The notes under the pieces are model-generated. The model was not told the origin of the DNA, made no database searches, and was given only the letters and a program-made list of their open reading frames with translations. This document shows positions 1 through 11,446 of a DNA stretch of 64,000 nucleotides, piece after piece. The stretch lies in assembly GCA_965661285.1 (NCBI GenBank), contig CBFIDD010000004.1:133788-197787 (forward strand), given 5' to 3'. Numbering within the stretch: position 1 is the stretch's first letter; each line of letters begins with the position of its first letter. The position numbers were made by a program, and so were the translations under genes. The DNA comes from Poseidonia sp. GTDB lineage: Archaea > Thermoplasmatota > Poseidoniia > Poseidoniales > Poseidoniaceae.

Positions 1-1150
1 TTTCCATCTCAGCCTGCTGCTCAGCGGTCAAGGCCACGTAGCCCACGGAGTTGACGAGCAAGTCGCCACCGTCGCCAAAGCCGAATTCAAGGAAAGGAAC
101 GGTCTTGGCCAGGGAGGCATCATCGTCAAGGAGGTTCATGAAGAGCGGTCGAGACAGCGGGTTGTAGGTGCCGTCAGCCACGGATGCGGCAGAGGGAGCC
201 ACCATGTTGCCGGCGCTGTTCTCAACGGCTGCGGCCGTCAATGTTGCAAGGTTCTCGACGTAATACGCGTAGCCGAAGTAGCCGATAGCGGTCTCGTCGC
301 CAACAAGGGCGTTGACGAGCACGTTGTCATCCGAGGATTGCTGGCCTGCACGGAAGCCTTGTTCGGCCTCGTGAAGGATGGCTTCAAAGAAATACTCGTA
401 TGTGCCTGATGCAGCGTCTGGGTAGGCCAGTGCAATTTCAGCGTCAGGGCAGGAGGCGGAGAGTTCGGACCACTTGTGGGTGGTGTCGTCGTTGTCGCCG
501 TTTGGCGTGACCACCGACATGTCGAGGCCATCAGCGGTCAATTGTGCGCTGGTCTCAGCAGAGAACATCCAGCGGAGTTGTTCCACGGTCAAGCCGCCCA
601 TGCCGTTCACACAGGTTTCAGCAGCACCGCCCTTCTTCATGACGACGGAGAGGCCGTCCATGGCAACCACGACTTGCCGTGCGCTGCGGGACGTGTCGCC
701 AACGAGACAATCCATGGTGTAGCCGTCGTCGCCTCGGTTGGCTTCGGTGGCTTTCCAGTCTCGGGACATGTCGCCGATGTCGACAGGGGTGCCCTTAGCG
801 GAGTTGGCGCATACGCGGCCTGCACCGGAGGAGGAACCGCCGGATTCGACGGTGATGGAGATGCCGTCGCAGGCTTCCTGGTAGTGTTCTGCCCAAGCTT
901 CAGCCAAAGGCAAAACAGTGGAGGAACCGGCGATGGAGATGGATCCATCTGGACCACAGACAACTTCGCCAACATCAATCGTATCCGTTGGATCGGTTGT
1001 GTTGGTCGTTGAGTTCGTGGTGTCTGTGGTATCCGGTGTATCGGTCGTGTCATCGGTGTCGTCATCGCCACCAAGACAGCCCGCCATTGCGGAAATCATC
1101 ATCAATGCCACGAGGGCAAGCGCTTTTTTCTTCGTTGTTTGGATACTCAT
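1..1150 (-). CDS. pstS: Phosphate ABC transporter substrate-binding lipoprotein (runs off the left edge)
   Basis: Not in the ORF track; translated by hand from ATG 1150: MSIQTTKKKALALVALMMISAMAGCLGG (lipobox), D/T-rich linker, then IAGSSTVLPLAEAWAE, GGSSSG, DIGDMSR, AMDGL, SGTYEYF, IGYFGYAY, YNPLSRPLF. These are PstS-family motifs. Divergent from phoU. Confidence 0.92.
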   Translation of the reverse strand, partial: MSIQTTKKKALALVALMMISAMAGCLGGDDDTDDTTDTPDTTDTTNSTTNTTDPTDTIDVGEVVCGPDGSISIAGSSTVLPLAEAWAEHYQEACDGISITVESGGSSSGAGRVCANSAKGTPVDIGDMSRDWKATEANRGDDGYTMDCLVGDTSRSARQVVVAMDGLSVVMKKGGAAETCVNGMGGLTVEQLRWMFSAETSAQLTADGLDMSVVTPNGDNDDTTHKWSELSASCPDAEIALAYPDAASGTYEYFFEAILHEAEQGFRAGQQSSDDNVLVNALVGDETAIGYFGYAYYVENLATLTAAAVENSAGNMVAPSAASVADGTYNPLSRPLFMNLLDDDASLAKTVPFLEFGFGDGGDLLVNSVGYVALTAEQQAEME

Positions 1151-1199
1151 CGTACTCCCTTCGGCGCTGGGTAGTGCCTATGGGACTAAGCAGAATCCT

Positions 1200-1266
1200 C
1201 CATATCGTCATTATATCAAAATAGTTATATATATTAGTCAATAGAATATGGTCCATACCGGTATGG
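1200..1266. promoter_or_regulatory. AT-rich divergent pstS/phoU promoter region with a 14-bp perfect palindrome (CCATACCGGTATGG, 1253-1266)
   Basis: TATA-like TTATATATAT at 1225-1234 in an otherwise GC-rich window; the palindrome is read directly from the sequence. An operator role is inferred. Confidence 0.55.
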
Positions 1267-1295
1267 GGATAGAGGTCTACGGAGGGCCGAAAAGC

Positions 1296-2339
1296 ATGGG
1301 TTTGGAAAGTAAGGTTGAATTTCGAAAATTACAAGTCACCGGCGGCTCGACCTACATTGTGAGTCTTCCAAAAACGTGGATCAAGGCCAACAATCTGAAT
1401 CCTTCTGATATTGTCAGCGTTGAACAACTCCCGTCCGGTGAAGTCCAAATCACACCTCATGAAGTGAAGGAAACCAAACGCACGGTCTCAATCGACCTCA
1501 GCAAATACCCCACCAACTCGCTGTACGATTGCCTGGTTGGCGCATACGTTTCTGGGGCGGACACCATCAAGGTCATGCGAAACGATGGGCTTGGCTCAAA
1601 AGACCGGCGTGTCGTCCGCCAGTTCCTCCGAGAAACCAGAGGCATGGAAATTTCAGATGATGGGTCAAAGTCGCTCTCCATCGTGTCGTTGCTCAACCCC
1701 AACGAGCTCCCGCTCCAGGTGAGTCTCAACCGGATGTATCTGCTCGTCACGAGTTTGGTTGAGGATGCGTTGGCTGTTCTCGAGGGAGAGGATTACGAAT
1801 TGTTGTCGGACTACGATGACCGAGAACGGCAAATTGATGCTCGACGCCTCTTGGTCAACCGACAAGTCGCCATGGTGCTGCAAAATCACCAAATTGAGCG
1901 AGAGATTGGTATCAACCGCTACAGCGCCATGGAGCATTCTGTTATGGCCCACTACTTCGAGCGAATGGGCGACCACGCCAATACCCTGGCTCGCCTCGTT
2001 GTAGAACAAAAGGGTGAATTGAAGTTGTCCACCTCCGATGCCCCGTTGTCGTTTCTCCCCGTTTGGCTAAGCGCTCTGCGGGACATCGTTCGCAACATGT
2101 ATTCCAAGGAAATTCGGGTGTTGACCGAAGGAAAGCAGAACCTCGATGACGCCATTGATGAACTCGGGGAGCACGAAGAAAAACTGATGGGAACGAGTAA
2201 GCAACACAGTGAACTGTTGATTGAATTCCGAATCTCTGAAATCACACGCCGCCTGTGTGGCTACACCATTGACATGTCTGAGACACTCATCAACATGCTT
2301 TTATCCGGTCGAACCGACATTTCGGTCAAGGAGGCCTGA
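1296..2339 (+). CDS. phoU: Archaeal phosphate uptake regulator (AbrB-like N-terminal domain plus PhoU domains)
   Basis: N-terminal RKLQVTGGSTYIVSLPKTW, typical of archaeal AbrB-PhoU proteins; ERMGDHA PhoU motif; adjacent to pstS. Confidence 0.88.
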   Translation: MGLESKVEFRKLQVTGGSTYIVSLPKTWIKANNLNPSDIVSVEQLPSGEVQITPHEVKETKRTVSIDLSKYPTNSLYDCLVGAYVSGADTIKVMRNDGLGSKDRRVVRQFLRETRGMEISDDGSKSLSIVSLLNPNELPLQVSLNRMYLLVTSLVEDALAVLEGEDYELLSDYDDRERQIDARRLLVNRQVAMVLQNHQIEREIGINRYSAMEHSVMAHYFERMGDHANTLARLVVEQKGELKLSTSDAPLSFLPVWLSALRDIVRNMYSKEIRVLTEGKQNLDDAIDELGEHEEKLMGTSKQHSELLIEFRISEITRRLCGYTIDMSETLINMLLSGRTDISVKEA

Positions 2340-2343
2340 ATTC

Positions 2344-3021
2344 ATGTCCCCGCCTGTTCGAACCAATTTAGACCAGCGAATGAACATCATCAAAGAAACC
2401 ATGGATGAATTCTTCGAATCCATCACCAAGGAATACAAACACGCTGTTAGTGCTGTCTCAAATCCGAGCGACGTCCCCGTGAAGAAGGTGCTCAAACTTC
2501 GTGAGCGAGCGCAACGCCAAGCCGAGTCCCTGTCCCAAGAACTGCTGTTGGTGCTGACGCTGAATCAACCGCTGCTTCAAGATCTACGCGTCATCGCAGC
2601 CTACCTCCGTGGCGTTGACGTCATTGAGCGTTTAGCACGACACGCCCGGGATGTTTCGCTCTCGATGGTCGAGTGGGCCGAACTCGAAACGCCGGGAGAA
2701 GATGCAGTACTCCGGGAAGGATTGAGTGGTCTCGGTCTAACCGTTTCTAAGCTTATAGAAACCCTGCGGACGTGCCTCACTGACCAACTTGAAATTGACG
2801 CCGAAACCATAACAGCGCAGTGGTCAACCATCCAAACTCAACATCAAGCCTGCACGCAAGAAATTTTGGAAGCCGGAAAGGGAGCCACGGGAGGACGGAG
2901 CGGTCGTATATTGCTGTCAAAAGTGGCAACACGATTTGAGAGGTCCGGCTACAATCTTGTCCGCCTCGCTGGATTGTGGCACTACGCCCTTGAGAACGAG
3001 TGGGTCCATTACGAACGCTGA
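2344..3021 (+). CDS. PhoU-domain protein (second paralog)
   Basis: LNQPLLQDLRVI...IERLARHA matches the PhoU QPxAxDLR...ERIGD pattern; starts 4 bp after phoU. Confidence 0.75.
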   Translation: MSPPVRTNLDQRMNIIKETMDEFFESITKEYKHAVSAVSNPSDVPVKKVLKLRERAQRQAESLSQELLLVLTLNQPLLQDLRVIAAYLRGVDVIERLARHARDVSLSMVEWAELETPGEDAVLREGLSGLGLTVSKLIETLRTCLTDQLEIDAETITAQWSTIQTQHQACTQEILEAGKGATGGRSGRILLSKVATRFERSGYNLVRLAGLWHYALENEWVHYER

Positions 3022-3077
3022 CCCTTTGCACCGCCCCAAGCAAACAGGATTATGATGGAAGGGGGGGTCGCGAGACC

Positions 3078-4415
3078 ATGGTACAGCAAAATATCGACTT
3101 CATCGGCGGTGGCTTCAAACTGACCCTGCCCTATACCTTCGGAGGGTGGTTCCTCTGGGTGTTGGGGATCCTCATCACTGGCTTCGGCGTGGTTGCAGCT
3201 ATGAGCGACCCGGTCGGCTTGGCCGTGTCCGTCATCGGTCTGATCGTCTTGGCCATGGCTTCTCCAGGAAGCATGTCGGCCGGGCTTCACAACATGCGTA
3301 AAGAATCCATTTCACCTGAAGAGCTCCAAGCAAAAAAGGAGCAGAGCGGTTACACCGTCGACAATTGGCTCCTCCAGCAAAGCACGCTGGTGCCCACCAA
3401 CGACCCGAACGATTGGATCCTCCCTGCCCCCGGCCCGCAAACTTGGGACACGACCAATCCGTACGGGCCCCACGGTGACGGTGCGCCGCTCCCTGAGCAC
3501 CCAGCAAAGGTTGGTACACCGCAGCCTGCGACGATGACAACGCACCTCATCTTCGCTGGAACGGCTGCCATCCTCACGCTCGTCGTTGGCGCAGTACTGA
3601 TCGGCGATGAGGAGGCTGAATTGGGTGCTACGCCCGCCCTCATCATCGCAGGTTTGGGCTTCGTTCTCCTGCTCGTCAACTATTTCCGAGCCAAGGCCCT
3701 GCGCCAAATGCTTGACACGCCCACCTCCCTGGTGCGCTCGGCACCGGTGGGCCACCCCGAACTTGTTGGCCAAGTTCGACCCGGTCAAGAGGGTGGCATG
3801 ACGGTCTATGTGGACGGCAACGAACGCATGGCCATGCCCCACATGGTCGGCTATTACTGGACCTACGAGCAAGAACAAGAGCGAGAAGTGACCGACAGCG
3901 AGGGCAACACGAAGAAGGAACGAAGTTGGGTCACCATTCGTACTGACCGGGGCGGTGTGCCGTTCATGCTTCACGACGGTACCGGTGGCATCAAGGTCAA
4001 CTTGACGAGTTTCAAGCGCACCGATTACGGGCAAATGCTCAAGCGATGGGAGGGTGCGTTCGCCGAGTCGCTGGGGAAGCAACTGATGTCCCAGGCCGCA
4101 GCGAGTTTACTGAGGGGTACCAAAGTGATAGGTCACCGCTGGACGCTCTATGGGCTACGACTCGGCGACCCTGTATACCTGCTCGGTGCCACCAAACCAC
4201 GACCGGCTCACGAACTGCAGGCCGAGGGCCTGGACGGTACGCTGGGCAACAGCACCATCGAAGTCTGGGGCAACGAGGATGCGCTTGGAATGAAGTGCAC
4301 CCTCATGCGCGGTTCTGAGTTATCCAACGTCGGAAAGTCCCGTTCGGGATTCGAAATGCTCGCGCCACCAATCTTGCTGCTCTTGGGTGGGCTCTCGCTT
4401 CTCGGCTTGGCCTGA
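3078..4415 (+). CDS. Multi-pass membrane protein with a GIDE-like soluble domain
   Basis: Four N-terminal TM helices and a C-terminal TM; DTPTS..R...G..EL.G and VPF.L.DGTG.I.V motifs resemble GIDE-domain proteins. Confidence 0.55.
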   Translation: MVQQNIDFIGGGFKLTLPYTFGGWFLWVLGILITGFGVVAAMSDPVGLAVSVIGLIVLAMASPGSMSAGLHNMRKESISPEELQAKKEQSGYTVDNWLLQQSTLVPTNDPNDWILPAPGPQTWDTTNPYGPHGDGAPLPEHPAKVGTPQPATMTTHLIFAGTAAILTLVVGAVLIGDEEAELGATPALIIAGLGFVLLLVNYFRAKALRQMLDTPTSLVRSAPVGHPELVGQVRPGQEGGMTVYVDGNERMAMPHMVGYYWTYEQEQEREVTDSEGNTKKERSWVTIRTDRGGVPFMLHDGTGGIKVNLTSFKRTDYGQMLKRWEGAFAESLGKQLMSQAAASLLRGTKVIGHRWTLYGLRLGDPVYLLGATKPRPAHELQAEGLDGTLGNSTIEVWGNEDALGMKCTLMRGSELSNVGKSRSGFEMLAPPILLLLGGLSLLGLA

Positions 4416-4447
4416 GGCCCACTTACGGCTGAGGCATTGGTGGGCGC

Positions 4448-5104
4448 ATGGCGAGCGGAACAACGGAACTCGGTTCTTCCGTTATCGACCAAATCGTTGC
4501 GGGTGGCCTACTTTACGCTGTGCCGCTCTTTTTCATCTCGCTGTTGCTGTTCATCGAAGGCAGCAAACGTATCCCAATGACCGTGGGCATCGTTGGCTTT
4601 GTCGTTGGCTTCGGTCTTGTCGGCCAGCTCTATTCCTACCTTGGCTCGGACCCCCCGCTCAGTGAATCCCAATTTCGGTTTGCTGCAGCCCTCGTGGTCG
4701 GCGTGATTTCGGTGAGTGTGGCGCAAGCCTCCATGCGGTTCTTGGCTGCAGCGCTGGTGTTCATCATCATCACGAACCTCATCAAAGCCGGGAATGTGGT
4801 CGACGTCGATTTTGAAGGGGATGCCTTTCTCTCAGGCGTTCTCACCCTCATTGCCTTCTTCCTCAGCATGTCCTTTCGGCGCGTGGTGCCTGCGCTCATG
4901 GCGGGCCTTGTGGGTACACTCGGCATGATGCTGGCCGTCTATGTGGCCGTGGGGTGGGATGTCAGTCGCTTGGACGGCGTCTCGGCGCCCGATGCGTACC
5001 TCAGTTTGGTGGGTATGGTCCTGAGCGCTTTTATCCAATGGCGAACGGTGAAAGAGCGGGATCAAGAAAAGGAACATCCCGTAGATGACGACTTCGGCTA
5101 TTGA
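4448..5104 (+). CDS. Integral membrane protein (about 7 TM helices), function unknown
   Basis: Hydrophobic helices throughout a 218-aa ORF. Confidence 0.7.
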   Translation: MASGTTELGSSVIDQIVAGGLLYAVPLFFISLLLFIEGSKRIPMTVGIVGFVVGFGLVGQLYSYLGSDPPLSESQFRFAAALVVGVISVSVAQASMRFLAAALVFIIITNLIKAGNVVDVDFEGDAFLSGVLTLIAFFLSMSFRRVVPALMAGLVGTLGMMLAVYVAVGWDVSRLDGVSAPDAYLSLVGMVLSAFIQWRTVKERDQEKEHPVDDDFGY

Positions 5105-5142
5105 GAACGAAAACAATAGGCCGGGGGTGCGGTTCAACGCAC

Positions 5143-5817
5143 ATGCCCACCGCCATGGTAACCGGGGCCAACCGCGGAATTGGTCTTGAATTGGTTCGCC
5201 AACTGCTCGCGAAGGGCTACGATGTTCATGCGACCTATCGGCAAAGCAAGGGTGGGCTGGATTCGTTCTCACATCCGAACCTGATGTTGCACAGAATGGA
5301 CGTCCGTAGCAGCGAGGATGTGGCGAGGGCTATGGCCGGCGTCGGGCCCTCACTCGACCTATTGGTGAACAATGCCGGCGTGTCCGACGGTCGGTGGTCC
5401 AATGTATCTGAGATTGATTTTGACGTGGTGTCCACCGTGATGGAGGTGAACGCCATCGCTCCCGTTCGTGTGACGCAGCACGCAATTCCCCTCTTGACCA
5501 ACGGTGGGGGAACCGTGGTGATGATCACGAGTTTGATGGGTTCCATCGACGACTGTGCAAGCGGCCGGTCCTACGCCTATCGGGCTTCCAAAACGGCGCT
5601 CAACATGTTCACCACGGCGATGAAAAATGAGTTTCGAGAGCAAGGCGTGAGCCTGTTGTTGATGCACCCTGGATGGGTTGAGACCGATATGGGTGGACCC
5701 AACGCCCCGCTCAAGGTGGAACAGAGCGTCAGTGGCATCGTGGCACGCATCGAAGAGCAAACCCTCGAGCTCACCGGTCGATTCATCGATTACGCAGGCA
5801 AAGCCCTGCCGTGGTGA
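5143..5817 (+). CDS. Short-chain dehydrogenase/reductase (CsgA/C-factor-like)
   Basis: TGANRGIG, NNAG, YRASK and HPGWVETDMGG motifs. Confidence 0.92.
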   Translation: MPTAMVTGANRGIGLELVRQLLAKGYDVHATYRQSKGGLDSFSHPNLMLHRMDVRSSEDVARAMAGVGPSLDLLVNNAGVSDGRWSNVSEIDFDVVSTVMEVNAIAPVRVTQHAIPLLTNGGGTVVMITSLMGSIDDCASGRSYAYRASKTALNMFTTAMKNEFREQGVSLLLMHPGWVETDMGGPNAPLKVEQSVSGIVARIEEQTLELTGRFIDYAGKALPW

Positions 5818-6216
5818 TCACTGACAGTCTTGGCATGTACCACGCAGTGAAAACTCAACCACCGTGATGGTTGCCAGTGGTCCTGACACATCGCCAACGC
5901 CTTTGCTTGGGGGAAGAGGAATGTCCCAGAGTGCCCCGCACAATGTGCACGAAGCATGGCCGTGAGGTTGATTATTGCAATCATAACGAACCTCGCCTTC
6001 GTGCTCGACCGTCGTGATGATGCCTTCCTCCGCCAGCAGAGCGAGGTTGCGATACACGGTGGCAAGACCGATGCCCTGACCGTCAAGATCTCGGTGTATC
6101 TCCTGCGCCGTTGGATGGTCGCAGCGATTCAACACGTTCTCCGCAATGGCACGCTTCTGTCGCGTCATCCGTCGCTTGGGGGCTACACCGTCGGAGGCGT
6201 CGGGAGGCGTCGTCAT
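5818..6216 (-). CDS. Fur/PerR family transcriptional repressor
   Basis: HPTAQEI, GLATVYRNL, HGH.CTLC and C-terminal CQDC; directly downstream of katG. Confidence 0.9.
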   Translation of the reverse strand: MTTPPDASDGVAPKRRMTRQKRAIAENVLNRCDHPTAQEIHRDLDGQGIGLATVYRNLALLAEEGIITTVEHEGEVRYDCNNQPHGHASCTLCGALWDIPLPPSKGVGDVSGPLATITVVEFSLRGTCQDCQ

Positions 6217-6225
6217 CGTTGAACC

Positions 6226-8379
<2,154 letters not shown>

Positions 8380-8389
8380 TCAGCGGCGG

Positions 8390-8416
8390 TATATAAAAAT
8401 GAGTCTCGTTCTCAAT
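8390..8416 (-). promoter_or_regulatory. katG TATA box (TTTTTATATA) with an adjacent Fur/Per-box-like inverted repeat
   Basis: TATA lies about 23-32 nt upstream of the katG ATG; TGAG-N7-CTCA (ATTGAGAACGAGACTCATT on the minus strand) spans 8398-8416. Confidence 0.55.
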
Positions 8417-8455
8417 AAGGTTAACCTTCAAACACCGTTCGCTGAACAGCCGGTT

Positions 8456-8842
8456 ATGGAAGACGGTGTGCCGCTTGTCACCCTGGTGAAAAAGGCCGAA
8501 ATTGGGCCGCGTCCACCGCTTTCTCCGGAAAGTATGGCCCTCGAGCAAACCCTCTCGATGCTCTGTTCGTTTTTATCTCTGGAAGATTTCATTTCATTTC
8601 TTTCTTCGACCATGTTTCGGGACTACGCCCAACACGAAGAGGTGTGGCTCGCCCTCGAAATCGGCCTGTACCAGGACCATACCAAGACCCTGCAACTCTA
8701 CCCCGAACACCACGTCCTCACCATCGCCGACGATGCCATGACGGGTGCGTTTGATGAACACATGTGGAAGGGCGTGGCTGATGCCTCGTTGATCGACGTC
8801 CTTCAGCGTTGGATTCACGCCGTTGGTTCATCTGATCGATGA
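8456..8842 (+). CDS. Hypothetical protein
   Basis: ORF fills the gap between katG and the convergent DDAH-family gene; no recognised motif. Confidence 0.6.
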   Translation: MEDGVPLVTLVKKAEIGPRPPLSPESMALEQTLSMLCSFLSLEDFISFLSSTMFRDYAQHEEVWLALEIGLYQDHTKTLQLYPEHHVLTIADDAMTGAFDEHMWKGVADASLIDVLQRWIHAVGSSDR

Positions 8843-8845
8843 ACT

Positions 8846-9655
8846 TCAGAAAAAGATGGAACAACACGTCAGGGAGCCGTCAGCAGCTCGAATTTCACTC
8901 ATGTCGAGTTCAATGGTTTCGAGCCCTCTAGATGCAAGCGCTTCCTTGACCGCCGGATACCCCTCAGCGATGAGGATTTTTCCGTTGGGCAAGCCGATGG
9001 TGTTGCAGCCGTAGGCCTCTTCTCCGGGAAGCCAAACAATCTCGCAATCATCTGGAAGTGTACCGAAATCGTCCGGTTTGAGATAACCTTCTGGAACCAA
9101 AATGAGGTTGTCGGTCGGCGTTGAGGAAATGCTCGTCAAATGAAGCGCGTGGCCGGGAATATCGATGATTCGGAGTTCATGGCCAAAGAAATCCAGCAGG
9201 CTCTGAAGGCTGGCAATCCCCAGGTCGTTGGTCCGGGTCGAACGCCCAACAAAGAAGAGGTCGCCGAGTCGAATGATGTCGCCTCCGTCCATGCGGGCTT
9301 CGCCACCCATGGTGCAAGTTTGCACGCCTTGGAGGGCCTCCATCAGAAATTCAGCGATGGGGGGCTGTTCGGCCACACGCGATGGATGGCCGGGCGTTGG
9401 AAGAAGCATGTGGCCGTCGACGACAACGGCTTGGTCTTCAACGAACATGCAATCGGGATGATTCTCATCGGCCTCAAGGCGATGGACGCTCACGCCGTTG
9501 GCTTCGAGCGCCTCAACATAGGCGTCTTGTTGTCTGCGAGCCAAGTCAACATCGGTGGGCCCGGTGCCAAAGTACCGTGCAATGGCGTTGATGAACGATG
9601 CGGGAATGTTGCGAACCAAAGCCCGCTTCTTCTGGTCCACCCGCACGGAGGCCAT
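8846..9655 (-). CDS. Dimethylarginine dimethylaminohydrolase / amidinotransferase family protein
   Basis: HPDCMFVEDQA, MDGGD, HLTS and C-terminal DGSLTCCS. Start placed at MASVRVD, not at the ORF-track extension. Confidence 0.88.
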   Translation of the reverse strand: MASVRVDQKKRALVRNIPASFINAIARYFGTGPTDVDLARRQQDAYVEALEANGVSVHRLEADENHPDCMFVEDQAVVVDGHMLLPTPGHPSRVAEQPPIAEFLMEALQGVQTCTMGGEARMDGGDIIRLGDLFFVGRSTRTNDLGIASLQSLLDFFGHELRIIDIPGHALHLTSISSTPTDNLILVPEGYLKPDDFGTLPDDCEIVWLPGEEAYGCNTIGLPNGKILIAEGYPAVKEALASRGLETIELDMSEIRAADGSLTCCSIFF

Positions 9656-9841
9656 GATTGAGTCCGCGGGCGGGCGTCCTTTAACCTCTTCGCCTTTTTT
9701 CGGTAGCCAATTTCCGTAGAATGGAAATTCAGGCTCGCAGTCCCTCGTTTTTGGCGTTGATGGCCACGGGTTGAGCCTGCTGGAGGATGTGGCGTGCGAG
9801 GTAACCGCTGACTTGAACAGGGGGTGGTGGGTCGGCGTTGC

Positions 9842-11437
9842 ATGCTTCATCGGAGATTTCAGGCGCTGACCCTGATGGCCCTCATGCTTCTCGCTCCTCT
9901 CGCAGGATGCTTTGGTGAGGCGGAAGAGACGCCGATGGATGCGACCGCTCTCACGGTGGAGGGAAGTGAGGCGCTTCGAGCGGGCGTGTGGCAACAGATC
10001 ACGATAACGGCGAACGACGACCTTGCCGTCTACATCCCTTACTTCATCCAGGACCCCGGGTCCATGCGTGCCCAAAACGGGACGGTGCTTGACATGGAAT
10101 CCGGTGAGCGTCTCAGCCTCAACATCCTCTTCCCGCCCCGAAACGATGCGGTTGTGCTCTTCATTGATGACATCGGTCGAACAGAATGGCCCATTCGTCC
10201 TGCCGACGTGTCGTGGGAAACATGGTTGACCAATACGACCAACGGCTCGGCGGTGCAAGCTGTCCCGAATCAAGACCTCGGTGGAGAATGGCCGTGGTTG
10301 GTGCCCGGAAATTCGAGTGGTGATGCAGCCATACCCATCCTGTTGGAAACTGCGAGGCCTGCTCGAGCGGACTTGACCGATGACGACGGCGTTGGTGCCA
10401 GCGATGGATGGGTCAACGGCCGCGACGTCTACGAATGGGTTGAATTCATCACCGATGATGCGCCGTGTGCCACATGCGGCCCTGATGGGGCCGTTGGGTA
10501 TCTTGACCGCTGGATTGGAAACGCCAATCCATCGTACGAACACGCCATCACCTACTTTGAAGGCGTTATGCAAGGATACGGGTTGGACCGAGTTGAGGTC
10601 CATCGATTTCAATCGGGCACTGCATGGGCCGTCAACATCTGCGGCTACAAAGACGGTTCCGTCTACCCTGACGAATGGTTGATCTTTGGCGCCCACTTTG
10701 ACATCGCCCCGCCCGTTGCGTTCACTCCCGGCGCCGAAGCAGGCATCCCTGGCTACGGAACGCGACACGGGGCGTACGACAACGCCGCCGGCTCAAGCAT
10801 GGTACTCACCACGGCGAGTGTATTGGCAGAATTCGACGCCCGTCGAACCATGGTCTTCTGTTTGTGGTCTTCTGAAGAAGAGGGGTTGTGGGGTTCTCGC
10901 TCCTTCGCCAACGACCTCCCTGCTGGCGTCACCGTCAGCAATTACCTCAACCTCGACATGGCAGGTGTGAACTATCCAGGTGATTACGCACTCTCCGTCT
11001 ACCTCGGGCCGGACGGCACAGGGGATGTTGTGGACCAGGCCGGCATGTATTACCTCGCCGAGTGGATCGGTGCGGACGCCCTTGACCTCGGTTACGAAAT
11101 CGAACGGGGGAGGGAAGCCTGGCTCGAAGGGGGCGAGAGTCCGTTGTGGGGCGACATCTACGAAGACACCGTGGCCATATACGAATCACCGACGGCGCGC
11201 AGCGATCACGCTTCTTTCCAAGACATCGGTGTGGCCACATTGGGGTGGAACGGATTGGTTGACGGGTATCCGTGTTATCACAGGGAATGTGATACGATGG
11301 AGACGATGATCGACTACATGGGGACCGACGACGCAAGCGGCATCAACAACCTTGTCCACTCGTGGGATATCGTAACGTGGTGGGCGGTTTACGCCTTTTT
11401 GCACATGGACCAAACACCCGTTCCCAACGAGCTTTGA
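9842..11437 (+). CDS. M28 family metallopeptidase, lipoprotein (copy 1)
   Basis: LAGC lipobox; GAHFD, GAYDNAAG, SEEEG, NLDM, RSDH and YH metal-binding motifs. Confidence 0.88.
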   Translation: MLHRRFQALTLMALMLLAPLAGCFGEAEETPMDATALTVEGSEALRAGVWQQITITANDDLAVYIPYFIQDPGSMRAQNGTVLDMESGERLSLNILFPPRNDAVVLFIDDIGRTEWPIRPADVSWETWLTNTTNGSAVQAVPNQDLGGEWPWLVPGNSSGDAAIPILLETARPARADLTDDDGVGASDGWVNGRDVYEWVEFITDDAPCATCGPDGAVGYLDRWIGNANPSYEHAITYFEGVMQGYGLDRVEVHRFQSGTAWAVNICGYKDGSVYPDEWLIFGAHFDIAPPVAFTPGAEAGIPGYGTRHGAYDNAAGSSMVLTTASVLAEFDARRTMVFCLWSSEEEGLWGSRSFANDLPAGVTVSNYLNLDMAGVNYPGDYALSVYLGPDGTGDVVDQAGMYYLAEWIGADALDLGYEIERGREAWLEGGESPLWGDIYEDTVAIYESPTARSDHASFQDIGVATLGWNGLVDGYPCYHRECDTMETMIDYMGTDDASGINNLVHSWDIVTWWAVYAFLHMDQTPVPNEL

Positions 11438-11446
11438 GACTGAACG

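Noticed and set aside
9656-10768. 640-aa ORF suggesting a long N-terminal fusion to the DDAH-family protein
   Set aside because: The extension is the antisense shadow of the M28 peptidase gene; recognisable DDAH sequence starts at 9655.
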